A stretch of DNA of 64,000 nt from Candidatus Bathyarchaeota archaeon (lineage in GTDB: Archaea > Thermoproteota > Bathyarchaeia > Bathyarchaeales > Bathycorpusculaceae): contig CAWHVC010000001.1 in NCBI GenBank assembly GCA_963832745.1, forward strand, positions 160,001 to 224,000, in the 5' to 3' direction. Positions 19,880-30,482 of the stretch are shown here, one piece after another; position 1 is the stretch's first letter; every line of letters begins with the position of its first letter. The position numbers and the translations under genes were made by a program. Below the pieces are notes generated by a model. The model had not been told where the DNA came from and did not search any database. It worked only from the letters and a program-made list of their open reading frames with translations.

Positions 19880-20080
19880 TTACTCTTCATCTTCTTTAAT
19901 TTCGCATTTAAGCTTCTTGATTATTTCGTCAGCTCTGAGCGGCTCAATTTTAAGCGTGTAAAGCTGGCTTGGAGTGCGAAGCTTCAGTTTAACGTTTTCT
20001 TTGTTTCTTTTTACTTGACAATGCTTTGCTTTGGCGCTCATCGCCACGAAACTTTCAACGTCAGTCATTTCTGATGGCAT
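19880..20080 (-). CDS. rpl38e: 50S ribosomal protein eL38 (L38e)
   Basis: From ATG 20080: MPSEMTDVESFVAMSAKAKHCQVKRNKENVKLKLRTPSQLYTLKI. This matches the eL38 pattern MP..I.....F......A....IK.N...VKFK.R....LYTL. Confidence 0.8.
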   Translation of the reverse strand: MPSEMTDVESFVAMSAKAKHCQVKRNKENVKLKLRTPSQLYTLKIEPLRADEIIKKLKCEIKEDEE

Positions 20081-20320
20081 ACTAATTTTTCCTCTTATTA
20101 ACGCTTTGATGGATGCGAAGCCAGTTTTTATCTGTTTTGGTGCAGTCACGTACAATGAACAACTGTATAAGGTGTTTCTGGGTTTTGGAACTGATTTGGG
20201 AAAGCGCTTAAATCGTAAATTGCGTCAAGAAGGTTTTAGACTGCTCAAGAGGTTGCTTCAATCTGGATTTAAAAATTAAGAAAACAATAATATAGTATAC
20301 GCTCAAGAAGAGAACAGTAA

Positions 20321-21589
20321 ATGATTAAACATATTCATATTTGGGGTCACTGTTTGTCAATAAAACGTGTTTCCATTCTATTTGTCGTTCTCATAGTGCT
20401 TGTCAGTTTAGTGACAGTGGCTTTTCTGTCTCCACAGCCAATTAGTAGCACCTCATCCGATTCCGTGTATGTTGGCGTAAGCTTCTGCGGCAACACAACA
20501 CAGGAAGCAGAACTGCTAATTGATAAAGTCAAAACTTACACTAACCTGTTTGTGTTACAGTCAGGTCCAATCAGCTCCAACATGAGTGCAACTACAGAAA
20601 TCTGCGACTATGCCGTCTCCCAAGGCTTAAACATTATTGTATACTTCGGCTGGTTCAATCCTGATTACCCTTGGCAGTACCCATGGGTGCAAAATGCTCC
20701 TCAACGGTACGGCGACAAATTCTTGGGCGTGTACTATTATGATGAACCAGGCGGTATTCAGCTTGATTATGACTGGGAAAACCATTTCCTGAACATGAGC
20801 CAGCGTCTCCAAGATACTCCCGGTGCTAACAATACCCGGTATTTTCAATTTCTTGAAGATTCAATCTGCGGATATCTCAACGGATCAATCCGAGATTATG
20901 GCGTAGAAGCCCAAACCTACGTTAACTATATGCAGAATGACCATGACCTTTCACTTTTAAAAAACAGTACAACTCGCACTTTTGTTTCTGACTACGCTCT
21001 TTACTGGTGGGATTATCTTGGCGGCTACGATGTTGTGTTAACGCAGCTAGGCAACAACGCAAGCATAACACAGGAAATAGACCTGACAAAAGGCGCGGCA
21101 CACATGCAAGGCAAAGATTGGGGCGCAATAATCACTTGGAAATATGATGAAGCACCATATCTTGATAGTGGCGAAGAAATCTACAACCAAATGACTTTGG
21201 CATATCAAGCAGGCGCAAAATACATTATAATCTTTGATTACCCCTCAATTGAAGGTAACCCCTATGGCGTATTAACCAGCGACCATTTTGAGGCAATGCA
21301 AAACTTTTGGCAAGACATAACCCACCCCACAGCAACCCAGACGTTACAGCAGTCAGACCAAACTAAAGCAGTTCTTGTACTTCCGCAAAATTATGGTTGG
21401 GGCATGAGGAACGCAGCTGACCGCATCTGGCTTTGGGGACCCGACGAACATTGCACCCAGATTTGGGACATTTCAAGAAAACTACTTGACCAGTATGGAA
21501 TAAACTTGGACATCGTTTATGAGGACTCACAGTTCCCGGTTGAAGGCCAATACGACCTGATTTATTACTGGAACCAAACTTTAACATAA
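20321..21589 (+). CDS. Membrane-anchored extracellular protein of unknown function (possible glycoside-hydrolase-like TIM barrel)
   Basis: N-terminal TM helix, Tyr/Trp-rich, with FLGVYYYDEPGG and AYQAGAKYIIIF. Start may be TTG 20354. Confidence 0.7.
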   Translation: MIKHIHIWGHCLSIKRVSILFVVLIVLVSLVTVAFLSPQPISSTSSDSVYVGVSFCGNTTQEAELLIDKVKTYTNLFVLQSGPISSNMSATTEICDYAVSQGLNIIVYFGWFNPDYPWQYPWVQNAPQRYGDKFLGVYYYDEPGGIQLDYDWENHFLNMSQRLQDTPGANNTRYFQFLEDSICGYLNGSIRDYGVEAQTYVNYMQNDHDLSLLKNSTTRTFVSDYALYWWDYLGGYDVVLTQLGNNASITQEIDLTKGAAHMQGKDWGAIITWKYDEAPYLDSGEEIYNQMTLAYQAGAKYIIIFDYPSIEGNPYGVLTSDHFEAMQNFWQDITHPTATQTLQQSDQTKAVLVLPQNYGWGMRNAADRIWLWGPDEHCTQIWDISRKLLDQYGINLDIVYEDSQFPVEGQYDLIYYWNQTLT

Positions 21590-21630
21590 AAACTGGAAAT
21601 AAAAGAATTAAAACCAAAAAACTTTTGGGT

Positions 21631-21825
21631 TTAAGCTTTTTTGGAGCGGATGCCCAGTTTAACGTTCACTTCTACAGTGTATTCATCATCGTTTTTTCCT
21701 ACACTAAAATTCCAATCTTTAAGGTCAACTTCCATGTCTTTAAACTGGTTAACAACTGCATCTCGGTAATCTTGTGCAGTCTGCCCCATCTTTTGGAGTC
21801 GTTCAGAAATATTATTTTCAGGCAA
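21631..21825 (-). CDS. Small hypothetical protein
   Basis: 64 aa preceded by a GGAGGTG SD. Confidence 0.6.
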   Translation of the reverse strand: MPENNISERLQKMGQTAQDYRDAVVNQFKDMEVDLKDWNFSVGKNDDEYTVEVNVKLGIRSKKA

Positions 21826-22019
21826 AATTTACACCTCCACTAAAAATGGTTCATGCGCTAATATTGCTTGATTCCGCTTAATGGTTTAAAAATTTGTGAC
21901 TGTGCAAGCACACCAGCAGACTAAAAAGAGTTTAACTTCTAACCAGTTAAGGTTTTAGCGTTTGAATAAAAAAAAGAAGTTATTTATTTTCGTTAAAGTC
22001 ACTTATTAGTGGGTTTTTT

Positions 22020-23141
22020 GTGACTTATTCTGTTGGTATATCTGGTTCTTATGGTGGCTTAAACCTTGGAGATGAAGCCATCCTTCAAAGCATCATTACC
22101 CAGCTTCGGGAGTCTTTGCCAGTTAACATCACAGTTTTTTCACGCAACGCAGAAGACACTATTCGCCGTCATCATGTAGAAAAAGTAGTCTCACCCCGAG
22201 AATTAACATTAATGGAAGTAACTCCTGAAATTGAAAAACTGGACCTTTTCATTTTAGGCGGAGGTGGATTACTTTTTGATACTGAAGCAGAGATTTTTCT
22301 GCGCGAACTTGAAATCGCTTCGGATCATGATGTCCCAACGATGGTTTACTCCATTGGTGCAGGACCAATAAAAATGGCAACAACCCAAAAAAAGGTAAAA
22401 ATGGCCCTAAGTAAAGCAGATTTAATAACTGTCAGAGACCGTGAAGCAAAAAAACTGTTGGAGCTTATCGGTGTAAAATGTCCAATTATCCAAACCGCTG
22501 ACCCTGCCCTGCTTTTAGAACCTGAACCCTTACCGCCTGACGCGTTGAGAAATGAGCAGATACATCCAGGTAGACGGTTGATCGGTATTTCTGTTCGTGA
22601 GCCTGGTCCAGCAGCACCCGATATCGACCCAGTCTTTTATCATGCTGTTTTGGCGAACGCGGCGGATTTTGTTATTACCCGTTTGGATGCTGACGTTATT
22701 TTTGTTCCTATGGAACGGCAAGTGTTGGATGTACAAAATGCTCATGCGGTTATTTCGATGATGCTTAAACCTCAAAACGCTTCTGTGTTAAAGGGCGAAT
22801 ATACTCCAGGGCAACTGTTGTCTTTTATGAAGTATTTTGAGTTCGCTATTGGCATGCGTCTTCACTTCTTGATTTTTGCCGCCCTGCAGAGTGTGCCTTT
22901 TGTTCCCTTGCCGTATGCATCTAAGATTGGAGGTTTTCTTGAACATCTACAGGTTCCTATGCCGCCGTTAAGCAAAGTCAATTCAGGCTTGGTTAACGCG
23001 TTGATTGACCAAGCATGGGACGAAAGAGAATCCACTATAAACAAAGTTCAAAAGTTGATTCCCGACCTCAAATTGTTGGCGAAAGAAAATAATCGTTTAG
23101 CTGTTGAGCTTCTAAAAAGAAACTCCAAAGGTAAAAAATAA
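22020..23141 (+). CDS. Polysaccharide pyruvyl transferase family protein (CsaB/WcaK-like)
   Basis: GSYGGLNLGDEAIL, LGGGGLL, ITVRD, TADPA, GMRLH. Confidence 0.9.
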   Translation: MTYSVGISGSYGGLNLGDEAILQSIITQLRESLPVNITVFSRNAEDTIRRHHVEKVVSPRELTLMEVTPEIEKLDLFILGGGGLLFDTEAEIFLRELEIASDHDVPTMVYSIGAGPIKMATTQKKVKMALSKADLITVRDREAKKLLELIGVKCPIIQTADPALLLEPEPLPPDALRNEQIHPGRRLIGISVREPGPAAPDIDPVFYHAVLANAADFVITRLDADVIFVPMERQVLDVQNAHAVISMMLKPQNASVLKGEYTPGQLLSFMKYFEFAIGMRLHFLIFAALQSVPFVPLPYASKIGGFLEHLQVPMPPLSKVNSGLVNALIDQAWDERESTINKVQKLIPDLKLLAKENNRLAVELLKRNSKGKK

Positions 23142-23150
23142 GGCGATTTT

Positions 23151-24588
23151 ATGCCCATACTAAAACAACCCACTGGCACTATAGTGTTACCTGAAAGGAC
23201 CGCACAGTTGATTTCAGAAACTGACGTGCTTGTGGTTGGCGGTGGACCATCAGGGATAGCAGCGGCGCTTGGAGCAGCAGAAGCAGGCGCAAAAGTGGTT
23301 CTTGCGGAACGCTACGGTTTTCTAGGCGGCAACGCCACTGCTGGGCTCGTTTTAACATGGGCGTCCTATTACACTTCAAGCCGGCAACCCACCGAGATTC
23401 CTAAACGTAATGACGAGTTTACAATTTTTCCAACTGACCACGGTTCAGGTCAACCTATCATTGCAGGTGCATTAGCGAAAATTGTTAAACGACTGATTGA
23501 GTTAGGCGGGGCTTTTGCGCCTTCACGACGGACAGGTTACATGGTGCCTTTTGACCCTGAACTTCTAAAGCTTGTCACAGTAGAAATGCTTGATGTAGCC
23601 GGTGTCGATTTTCTGTTTCATGCTTTTGCCAGTGGAACCGTCATGGATAACGGTTTAAGAGGCGTAATTTTTGAGACAAAATCAGGTCCAATAGTGATTA
23701 AAGCCAAAGTTATTATTGACTGTACTGGCGATGGAGACATTGCTGTTTCTGCGGGGGCACCTTTCGAAGTCGGTCGATTAGAGGACAATTCAGTTCAACC
23801 GATGACTTTAATGTTTCTTGTTGAGGGCTTCGAACGTTCGAAGTTTCAAGATTACGTGGAAAAACATCCTCGACAATGGAACGGTGTGGAAGGATTAACG
23901 GACTTGATGCGTGACGCAATAAAAAAAGGTGAATTACAAGTGTCTAGGGAAGACATTTTGTTTTTCGGCAGTGTGCATGATACTCAAATCAGCGTGAACA
24001 GCACCCGCATAACGAATGTTTACGGTTTTGACGTGTGGGATTTAACTTGCGCTGAAATTGAAGGAAGACGGCAGGTTGCGCAGTTAACGAGTTTTTTTAG
24101 AAAATATGTTCCCGGATTCGAGCAGGCTTATGTAGCTCAAACCGGAACAAATGTGAGTGTCCGTGAAACAAGACGAATCATGGGCGAATACAAACTCACA
24201 GATCAAGACGTATTAAATGCTCACAAGTTTGATGACGTTATTGCTTTGGGTTCTTACCCTGTTGACGTTCATAATCCAGCAGGAAAAGGCACTTTTCTAA
24301 AAAAAATAAAGGCGGGCAGCGCCTACGATATTCCCCTACGTTGCCTTGTGCCGTTAAACGTTGATAACTTGCTTGTTGCGGGTCGTTGCATTTCTGGAAC
24401 CCACATAGCAAATGCTTCCTACCGTACAATGCCGATTTGTTTCGCAACTGGACAAGCCGCCGGAGTATGTGCAGCCATTGCCGCAAAAAACAGTCTTGGT
24501 GCCACGAAAAACGCCTGTCTCTAAAGTTCAACAGGAGCTTCTTCGTCAGGGTGCAATTTTAAAAATAAAACAAGAGGGATTAGTTTAA
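23151..24588 (+). CDS. FAD-dependent oxidoreductase (FAD_oxidored family) with an apparent frameshift near the C-terminus
   Basis: VVGGGPSGIAAA, LGGNATAG, IDCTGDGD, RETRRI, NLLVAGRCIS. The conserved tail VPRKTPVSKVQQELLRQGAIL is in a shifted frame after the A6 run (24485-24490) and stops at 24588; the ORF-track stop is 24524. Confidence 0.85.
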
Positions 24589-24599
24589 ACTAACCCTTG

Positions 24600-25976
24600 T
24601 TATTGGGTTGCTTTGATTTCAGAAGGTTTGCCGTTTTTGCCGCCTTTTTTGTATGCGATAATTAGGGTTACAGCGATTATTATGCTCAATAGGGTTATAA
24701 TGCCGATTTCGATTAGTCCAAATGTTCCCTGTGTTATTGTTGGGGTGGGCGTTGCAGTATGAGTTGTGGTTGGCTGACTGCTTTCAGTTGGCGTCGTTTG
24801 TGTGGTTGTTATTGTTGGTGTTGGTGTTGAGCTTGGATTCATGTTAACGTTTGGAATTATTGGTGCATCTACGCTTGGGCTTTCTAAAGCTGGCAGGTAC
24901 TCAACTTTTCCAAGGGTTTCGTTATTATTTTTGTCGTATATGGTTTGGTTTATTGTTGGGATATCGCGTGTTCCCCAGTAATTGTAGACTGCCTCAAGAT
25001 TTGTAGGGCTCAAGTTCTCAAAATTGTACTGTGTATTGTTCATTATGTTGTTGTTGCTGATTAGCGATTGCTCTGTGGTTTGGTAGTATATTCCAACGGT
25101 GTTGTTGAATATGGTGTTTTCTTCAATTGCTAACTGAGCGCCAATATCAATTCCTAAGCTGTTGTTCATAATTAGGTTATACTGAATAGTCACAGCAGCA
25201 CTTGCGTTGACCACTTTTAATGCGGCATTTGAGCCGTAAATCAGGTTTCCGTAAACCCGAATTGTATCTTCACATTTACCTACTCCAATGCCTGTCTCGC
25301 AATCTATGATTGTGTTGTTTTCAACATTTGCGTTGTACTTGTTGTCTGCATACCCGTTATCTGGAAAGTTAAAGCTGATTCCAATAGTGTTTCCACTTAT
25401 CGTGTTTGAAGATATTGTTGGTGCGCTTTCTCGCTCGATGCTTATGGCGTATGCGACGCCTCCTTCAGAGATGTTGTTGCCTGTAATGGTTGGGGCTGCT
25501 TGAGTGATTGTTACTCCGCCTTTAATTTGGCAGCCTGAGACCATTGGCGATGAACCATCGATTGATATGGCTGCGTTGATTTCTGCATTTTCAAGGATAC
25601 AACCTGTGCTTTCGGTAATGTTAAAGTCTGTGCTTGACGGTTCAAAAATGATTTGAGCCGTATTTGATGGGCTTAACGTTGTGCTTTGAGAATCAAACAT
25701 TATCGGGTTTGAACTGTTGCATCTCGCGTTGAGCGTTCCTTTAACCTGTAAAGAAAACGATGTTAAATCAACAGTTACCCCCGGTTCAATTGTTAAGGTC
25801 GCATTTTCATCCACAACAACCTGTGAAGTGAAAACATACGGGCTTCCAGCGGCACTCCATGTTATGTCCGTAGTTATTTCACCATAAACTTCAGTTTGCG
25901 CGTTTGCAAAACCAGTTAAAGCTGTGCTACTTAACATTAGAGTGATGGCAAGAAGCAGGACTGACTTTTTTCCCAA
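24600..25976 (-). CDS. Secreted right-handed beta-helix surface protein, TM anchored
   Basis: WSAAGSPY...ATLTIEPGV, Asn-ladder repeats, AVYNYWG, PT linker and C-terminal TM. Confidence 0.85.
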   Translation of the reverse strand: MGKKSVLLLAITLMLSSTALTGFANAQTEVYGEITTDITWSAAGSPYVFTSQVVVDENATLTIEPGVTVDLTSFSLQVKGTLNARCNSSNPIMFDSQSTTLSPSNTAQIIFEPSSTDFNITESTGCILENAEINAAISIDGSSPMVSGCQIKGGVTITQAAPTITGNNISEGGVAYAISIERESAPTISSNTISGNTIGISFNFPDNGYADNKYNANVENNTIIDCETGIGVGKCEDTIRVYGNLIYGSNAALKVVNASAAVTIQYNLIMNNSLGIDIGAQLAIEENTIFNNTVGIYYQTTEQSLISNNNIMNNTQYNFENLSPTNLEAVYNYWGTRDIPTINQTIYDKNNNETLGKVEYLPALESPSVDAPIIPNVNMNPSSTPTPTITTTQTTPTESSQPTTTHTATPTPTITQGTFGLIEIGIITLLSIIIAVTLIIAYKKGGKNGKPSEIKATQ

Positions 25977-26031
25977 TACTTTCTCCTCGCCCGCTAATTC
26001 TAACTTTTTATAATATAAAGTTTTACCAAAA

Positions 26032-29000
26032 TCACTTTTTATGAGAAAAAATTTTCCGCTTGTATTTTATAATAATCAACGTTAACCCAAATCCGACGAA
26101 TAACACTACAAGAGCTGAAGATGTTTCAATTGGGATTTTTACCGTTTGATTTTCTGGGACGTCACCACTACTGCTTGGGCTGCCTGGTTTCTGCTTTTCA
26201 ACATTTACGTTAATGCTTTTTTCAGCCATATTTCCCGCTGCATCTTGAACCTTAACCGTTACAGTATAATCGCCTGCTTCGCAAAAAACGTGGTTAACCT
26301 GCTTGCCCTCTGCAGTTGAGTTATCTCCGAAATTCCACGCGATAGTTGAAATGCCGTTTTGGTCGCTACAATCAACCGCTAAATCTAAGCGTTCACCAAC
26401 GCCGATTGTCTGGTTTCCGCCCAAATCAACAAGGGGTCCAGTGGTGTCTAGTACAATTGAAGCTTCAAAACTTGCTGTATTGCCTGTATAATCCATGATT
26501 TGGCAGTAAACATTTTTTACTCCATCTCCACTGGTTAAGCTCCAAATTTTACTGTTCATATATGGTTCCCAAGCTTGATTATTCCAAGAGGCGTCATTGC
26601 TAAAACGCATCTTCTCAACGCCTGACAACGAGTCTAAGCCGCTAATTGTTAAAGTAACCCTGCTGCTGGTCGTAAACTCTGCACCACTGTTAACTTTCAT
26701 TGAACCCGACGGAGTTGTTTTATCCAATTTAATGCTTGAAAGAGTCTTGTGGGTTAACTCTATGATGCATGTACCGTTACTCCATGTCCCCCAATACTCA
26801 AGCGCGTTATTTGCGTTTTCCACTGTGAAGAGTGGCTGCCCATTGGCGTTTACAGTTTTGGTTTCTCCACCATTTATTTTGTAATAAATCTCTGAAACTC
26901 CGTTACCGTCAATTGAAAGAGGAACAGCAAAATCAGCGCCTTTCCAGTTACCATCGTAATCTGCCACAATTTTCGGCAACTGCGTTACCGTAAAAGAGAA
27001 ATCGTCGCCTACACCACCTAAAATTACTGAGTGTTTTCCTGCTGAAGCTTGAGTTGGTACATTGAATGTTGCGTTGAAACTGCCTGACTCATCAACAACA
27101 GCTGAACCCATGCTGTCGGTTCCATCGTAAAATGCTATTATTGTTCCTTGGTTGAAGTTTTTGCCGTAAACAATCAAGCTTTGGCCTGGCTGTACAAGCG
27201 TTATACTTGACAAATCAGTGTTGTTTCCAAATAAGCCTGTTGCTAATATGTCGCCGACAATTGTTAAGCCTTTTCGATATTCTGTAAATGCTGTTTCTGA
27301 ATTGAATGTGTAACCATTGCCGTTATCTAAAGCTGCAAAAAGTATGTTGTCATAAGTTTGTGGGTGGTCGCCTACAGGATTTCCTATGATTAAATCGGGG
27401 GCGTTAAATGAGTAATTGAAGCTTTTTGTCTGCGAAATTTGCACATTGTTTGCGATTGTTGACCATGTGTTTGTAACTGGGTTAAGATAGGTTAAATTCA
27501 CCGTGTTGCCTGCGGTAAATCCTGTTCCTTGTAAGGTAATTTTTTCGCCTGCAGTGCCAGAACCTGGAGAAACAGTCAATACTGGTTCCTCGATGGTGTG
27601 TGTTACCGATAGACTTACTGTTGCAAAATTTTTGGTTTTAAGCGGTGTATCCAAAGAAACAGAGTCTCCAACAGCAAAATAAGTCACCGTTCCAGTGGTT
27701 CTTGTTAAATTATCGTACACACTTAAGAAAAATGGTTGATTGTAATAACTGGTCATTTTCTGTTTAAACTCGGTAATGTCAACCACTATGTTGTTTGGGC
27801 CAAATGGTTGATTTCCGCCTAAGACTACGGCGCTAAATACCTTACTTGCTATCGGGTGAACTGTTGTTCCGTAACCAAGGGTTATTACGCATTCGCCTCG
27901 GTATCTGTGATCTATTTTGAAGCTGGCAGTTAACTCTGGCTGATAATTGATTAAGTCATTAAAGATTATGATTGGATTATCTTTGTTTGAAAGTTGCTGC
28001 ATAATTTCATAGGGTAACCAGTAAAATCCGTCGGCAACATTTTCCCAACCACCTTCGCCCCAAGAATTTGCAATTTTAAAAGCGCCAAAATGCGTTTTGC
28101 CATTTACAGTGTAATTAAAATTATCATCGTAACCAACGATTGTGTTAGCATGGTTTAATCCTTTGCTAAAGTTGTACGAAACTAAAACATCCTGACTTGA
28201 TAAGGCTTCATACTGATAAGCGTCAAGTGCGAAAACAGCCAAATTACCTGCCGCCAACCAGTTCTTTAAGCTAAGTAAACCTTCGTTACTATTCGCATAC
28301 AAGTATTCGTAGGCAGGGCTACTGCTACTCCGGTAATATGGTGCTTCTGTCCATGCAGCTTCAGACGGCCAAGATGTGCTGTCAGTAGGTGCATAAGGCA
28401 TTGTAGCCCATGAGCAAACGCCTATGGACGCAACAAGGTTTATTGCATCTTCAAACTCGGCGCCTTGGTCCACGCCCATGTTGATAAGTGAGTAAATAAA
28501 ATCGGGGCTCATAATCTTGTCTTGATAGCTTGCGGTAGGGTGTCCGTAGGTTCCTCCTTCCCAACTTGCTTCTGACAGATCCCAGTTATGCTCTTTTGCC
28601 TCTTGATAAGTTTTAGTGTAGTAGCCAACTGCCCATGCAACGCAGGAACCTTTCCCGTCTTGGTTGCCTATTGGTGGAAACCATGGCGTAGCTGAATTAT
28701 CAACAGACGAATTAGTGCCTGCGAAGGTTATGCTGTCTATAACATGGGCGTTTTGGGCAATTTCCACGATATCTTCTTCTGTTGGTGTGCTAAATCCTGT
28801 TCCGTGACCATCAACTTTTTGCGAATAATATGTTTCTTGGTTTGATGTGCCGATTTGGTTTTTTATTTCTGAAAGTTCTTCACTGGTTATTTTGTGGTCA
28901 ATAATTGTTAAGTCTGATGAGGAACCGGTTTGGTTTTGGTTGTTATTTTGTGTTTCAACTTGAGTGCTTAAGGTTGCGTTTGAAAGTAGAATTAAAAGTA

Positions 29001-29046
29001 TTAGTGCAGTCATTAAAACGCTTATTTTTTTGGTTTTAATCAGCAC
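26032..29046 (-). CDS. Extracellular papain-like (C1A) cysteine peptidase with Ig-like and PKD domains, TM anchored
   Basis: QDGKGSCVAWA (catalytic Cys), NHANTIVGYDD (His), ANSWG (Asn). PKD motif WNFGD...HVF...GDYTVTVKV. Confidence 0.9.
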   Translation of the reverse strand: MLIKTKKISVLMTALILLILLSNATLSTQVETQNNNQNQTGSSSDLTIIDHKITSEELSEIKNQIGTSNQETYYSQKVDGHGTGFSTPTEEDIVEIAQNAHVIDSITFAGTNSSVDNSATPWFPPIGNQDGKGSCVAWAVGYYTKTYQEAKEHNWDLSEASWEGGTYGHPTASYQDKIMSPDFIYSLINMGVDQGAEFEDAINLVASIGVCSWATMPYAPTDSTSWPSEAAWTEAPYYRSSSSPAYEYLYANSNEGLLSLKNWLAAGNLAVFALDAYQYEALSSQDVLVSYNFSKGLNHANTIVGYDDNFNYTVNGKTHFGAFKIANSWGEGGWENVADGFYWLPYEIMQQLSNKDNPIIIFNDLINYQPELTASFKIDHRYRGECVITLGYGTTVHPIASKVFSAVVLGGNQPFGPNNIVVDITEFKQKMTSYYNQPFFLSVYDNLTRTTGTVTYFAVGDSVSLDTPLKTKNFATVSLSVTHTIEEPVLTVSPGSGTAGEKITLQGTGFTAGNTVNLTYLNPVTNTWSTIANNVQISQTKSFNYSFNAPDLIIGNPVGDHPQTYDNILFAALDNGNGYTFNSETAFTEYRKGLTIVGDILATGLFGNNTDLSSITLVQPGQSLIVYGKNFNQGTIIAFYDGTDSMGSAVVDESGSFNATFNVPTQASAGKHSVILGGVGDDFSFTVTQLPKIVADYDGNWKGADFAVPLSIDGNGVSEIYYKINGGETKTVNANGQPLFTVENANNALEYWGTWSNGTCIIELTHKTLSSIKLDKTTPSGSMKVNSGAEFTTSSRVTLTISGLDSLSGVEKMRFSNDASWNNQAWEPYMNSKIWSLTSGDGVKNVYCQIMDYTGNTASFEASIVLDTTGPLVDLGGNQTIGVGERLDLAVDCSDQNGISTIAWNFGDNSTAEGKQVNHVFCEAGDYTVTVKVQDAAGNMAEKSINVNVEKQKPGSPSSSGDVPENQTVKIPIETSSALVVLFVGFGLTLIIIKYKRKIFSHKK

Positions 29047-29237
29047 TTAATCTTTCACCTTTCCCTGAAGGGTCAATTTATCAATTAACTGTTTGTTAAG
29101 GTATTACTAAAATTTTTAGCCAAATTAAGCTTCTGTTTTATTAATACACACTACAAAACCTGATAAGTACCACGTCAAAAGCACAAATAATATAGCACAA
29201 ACACAACACACAATACCCTAACGGTGAAAACATTAAC

Positions 29238-30461
29238 ATGCAAAGATCCTACTCACGATTACTCGGCGTAATAGGCAAACCAAACACGGGAAAATCAACC
29301 TTCTTCAGCGCCGCAACTCTCGCGACAGCTGATATAGCAAATTACCCATTCACAACCATCAAACCAAACAGGGGCGTAGGCTACGTAAGAACCCCCTGCG
29401 TCCACGAAGAATTCAAAGTACAAGATAATCCGCGAAACTCACTATGCTTAGACGGTACACGGTTGGTCCCAATAGAATTAATCGACGTTGCCGGAATAGT
29501 GCCCGGTGCATGGGAAGGACGCGGCTTAGGCAACCAGTTCCTGGACGAAATCCGCAGAGCCGATGCGCTTATACACATTGTTGACGCTTCTGGCGGAACA
29601 GACTGTGAAGGCAAAAGCTGCAAACCTGGCGAACACGACCCATTGGAAGATGTTCAGTTTCTTGAACGGGAAATCACCATGTGGATGCTTACAATTCTCA
29701 AGAAGGATTGGGCTAAGGTTGCACGCACTGCAGAAGCCGACAAAAAAGGCATCGCTTCACATTTGGAAGAGCGGTTAACTGGTTTAGGTATAAAACGAAC
29801 AAGTGTTGCCGAAGCAATTAGGCGATGTAACCTTAACGTTGATAAACCCGCCACATGGAGCGATGATGATTTCTACCGTTTTGTTGACACCTTAAGGCAT
29901 ATTTCAAAACCGATGCTTATCGTAGCTAACAAAATCGATTTACCCACAGCTCAAATAAATCTTGAAAGACTGAAAAAGCTTGATTACACTGTAATCCCCG
30001 CCTCAGCAGAAGCAGAACTAGCGTTAAGACGGGCCTCAGAAAAACAGTTAATCGATTACAAACCTGGCGACAAAGACTTCAAAATCCTTCAGCCAGACAA
30101 ACTTTCAGCTGGACAAATCAAAGCCTTAGAATCCATTAAAGAAAAGATTCTCACAACAAACGGTTCCACGGGAGTTCAGGAAGCCATCAACAATGCTTAC
30201 TTTAAACTGCTTGACATGATAACCGTTTACCCTGTTGAAGACCTTGAACATTTAGCTGATCACAACGGACGTGTCCTACCCGATGCTTATCTGGTTCCTA
30301 ACGGAACAACTGCACACCAATTCGCCTACGTTATTCACACTGAGCTTGGTGAAAACTTTCTTTATGCTGTTGACGCTAGGGATAAACGGCGAATAGGCGA
30401 GGATGCCGTGTTAAAAGACCGTGACGTTATCTCGGTTGTTAGCGCTAAAAAACGCGCTTAA
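29238..30461 (+). CDS. ychF: Redox-regulated ATPase YchF/OLA1, archaeal type with TGS domain
   Basis: GKPNTGKST, ANYPFTTI, DVAG, GLGNQFL, NKID. Confidence 0.92.
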   Translation: MQRSYSRLLGVIGKPNTGKSTFFSAATLATADIANYPFTTIKPNRGVGYVRTPCVHEEFKVQDNPRNSLCLDGTRLVPIELIDVAGIVPGAWEGRGLGNQFLDEIRRADALIHIVDASGGTDCEGKSCKPGEHDPLEDVQFLEREITMWMLTILKKDWAKVARTAEADKKGIASHLEERLTGLGIKRTSVAEAIRRCNLNVDKPATWSDDDFYRFVDTLRHISKPMLIVANKIDLPTAQINLERLKKLDYTVIPASAEAELALRRASEKQLIDYKPGDKDFKILQPDKLSAGQIKALESIKEKILTTNGSTGVQEAINNAYFKLLDMITVYPVEDLEHLADHNGRVLPDAYLVPNGTTAHQFAYVIHTELGENFLYAVDARDKRRIGEDAVLKDRDVISVVSAKKRA

Positions 30462-30482
30462 CCATCCTCTTATCTTTTGGAC

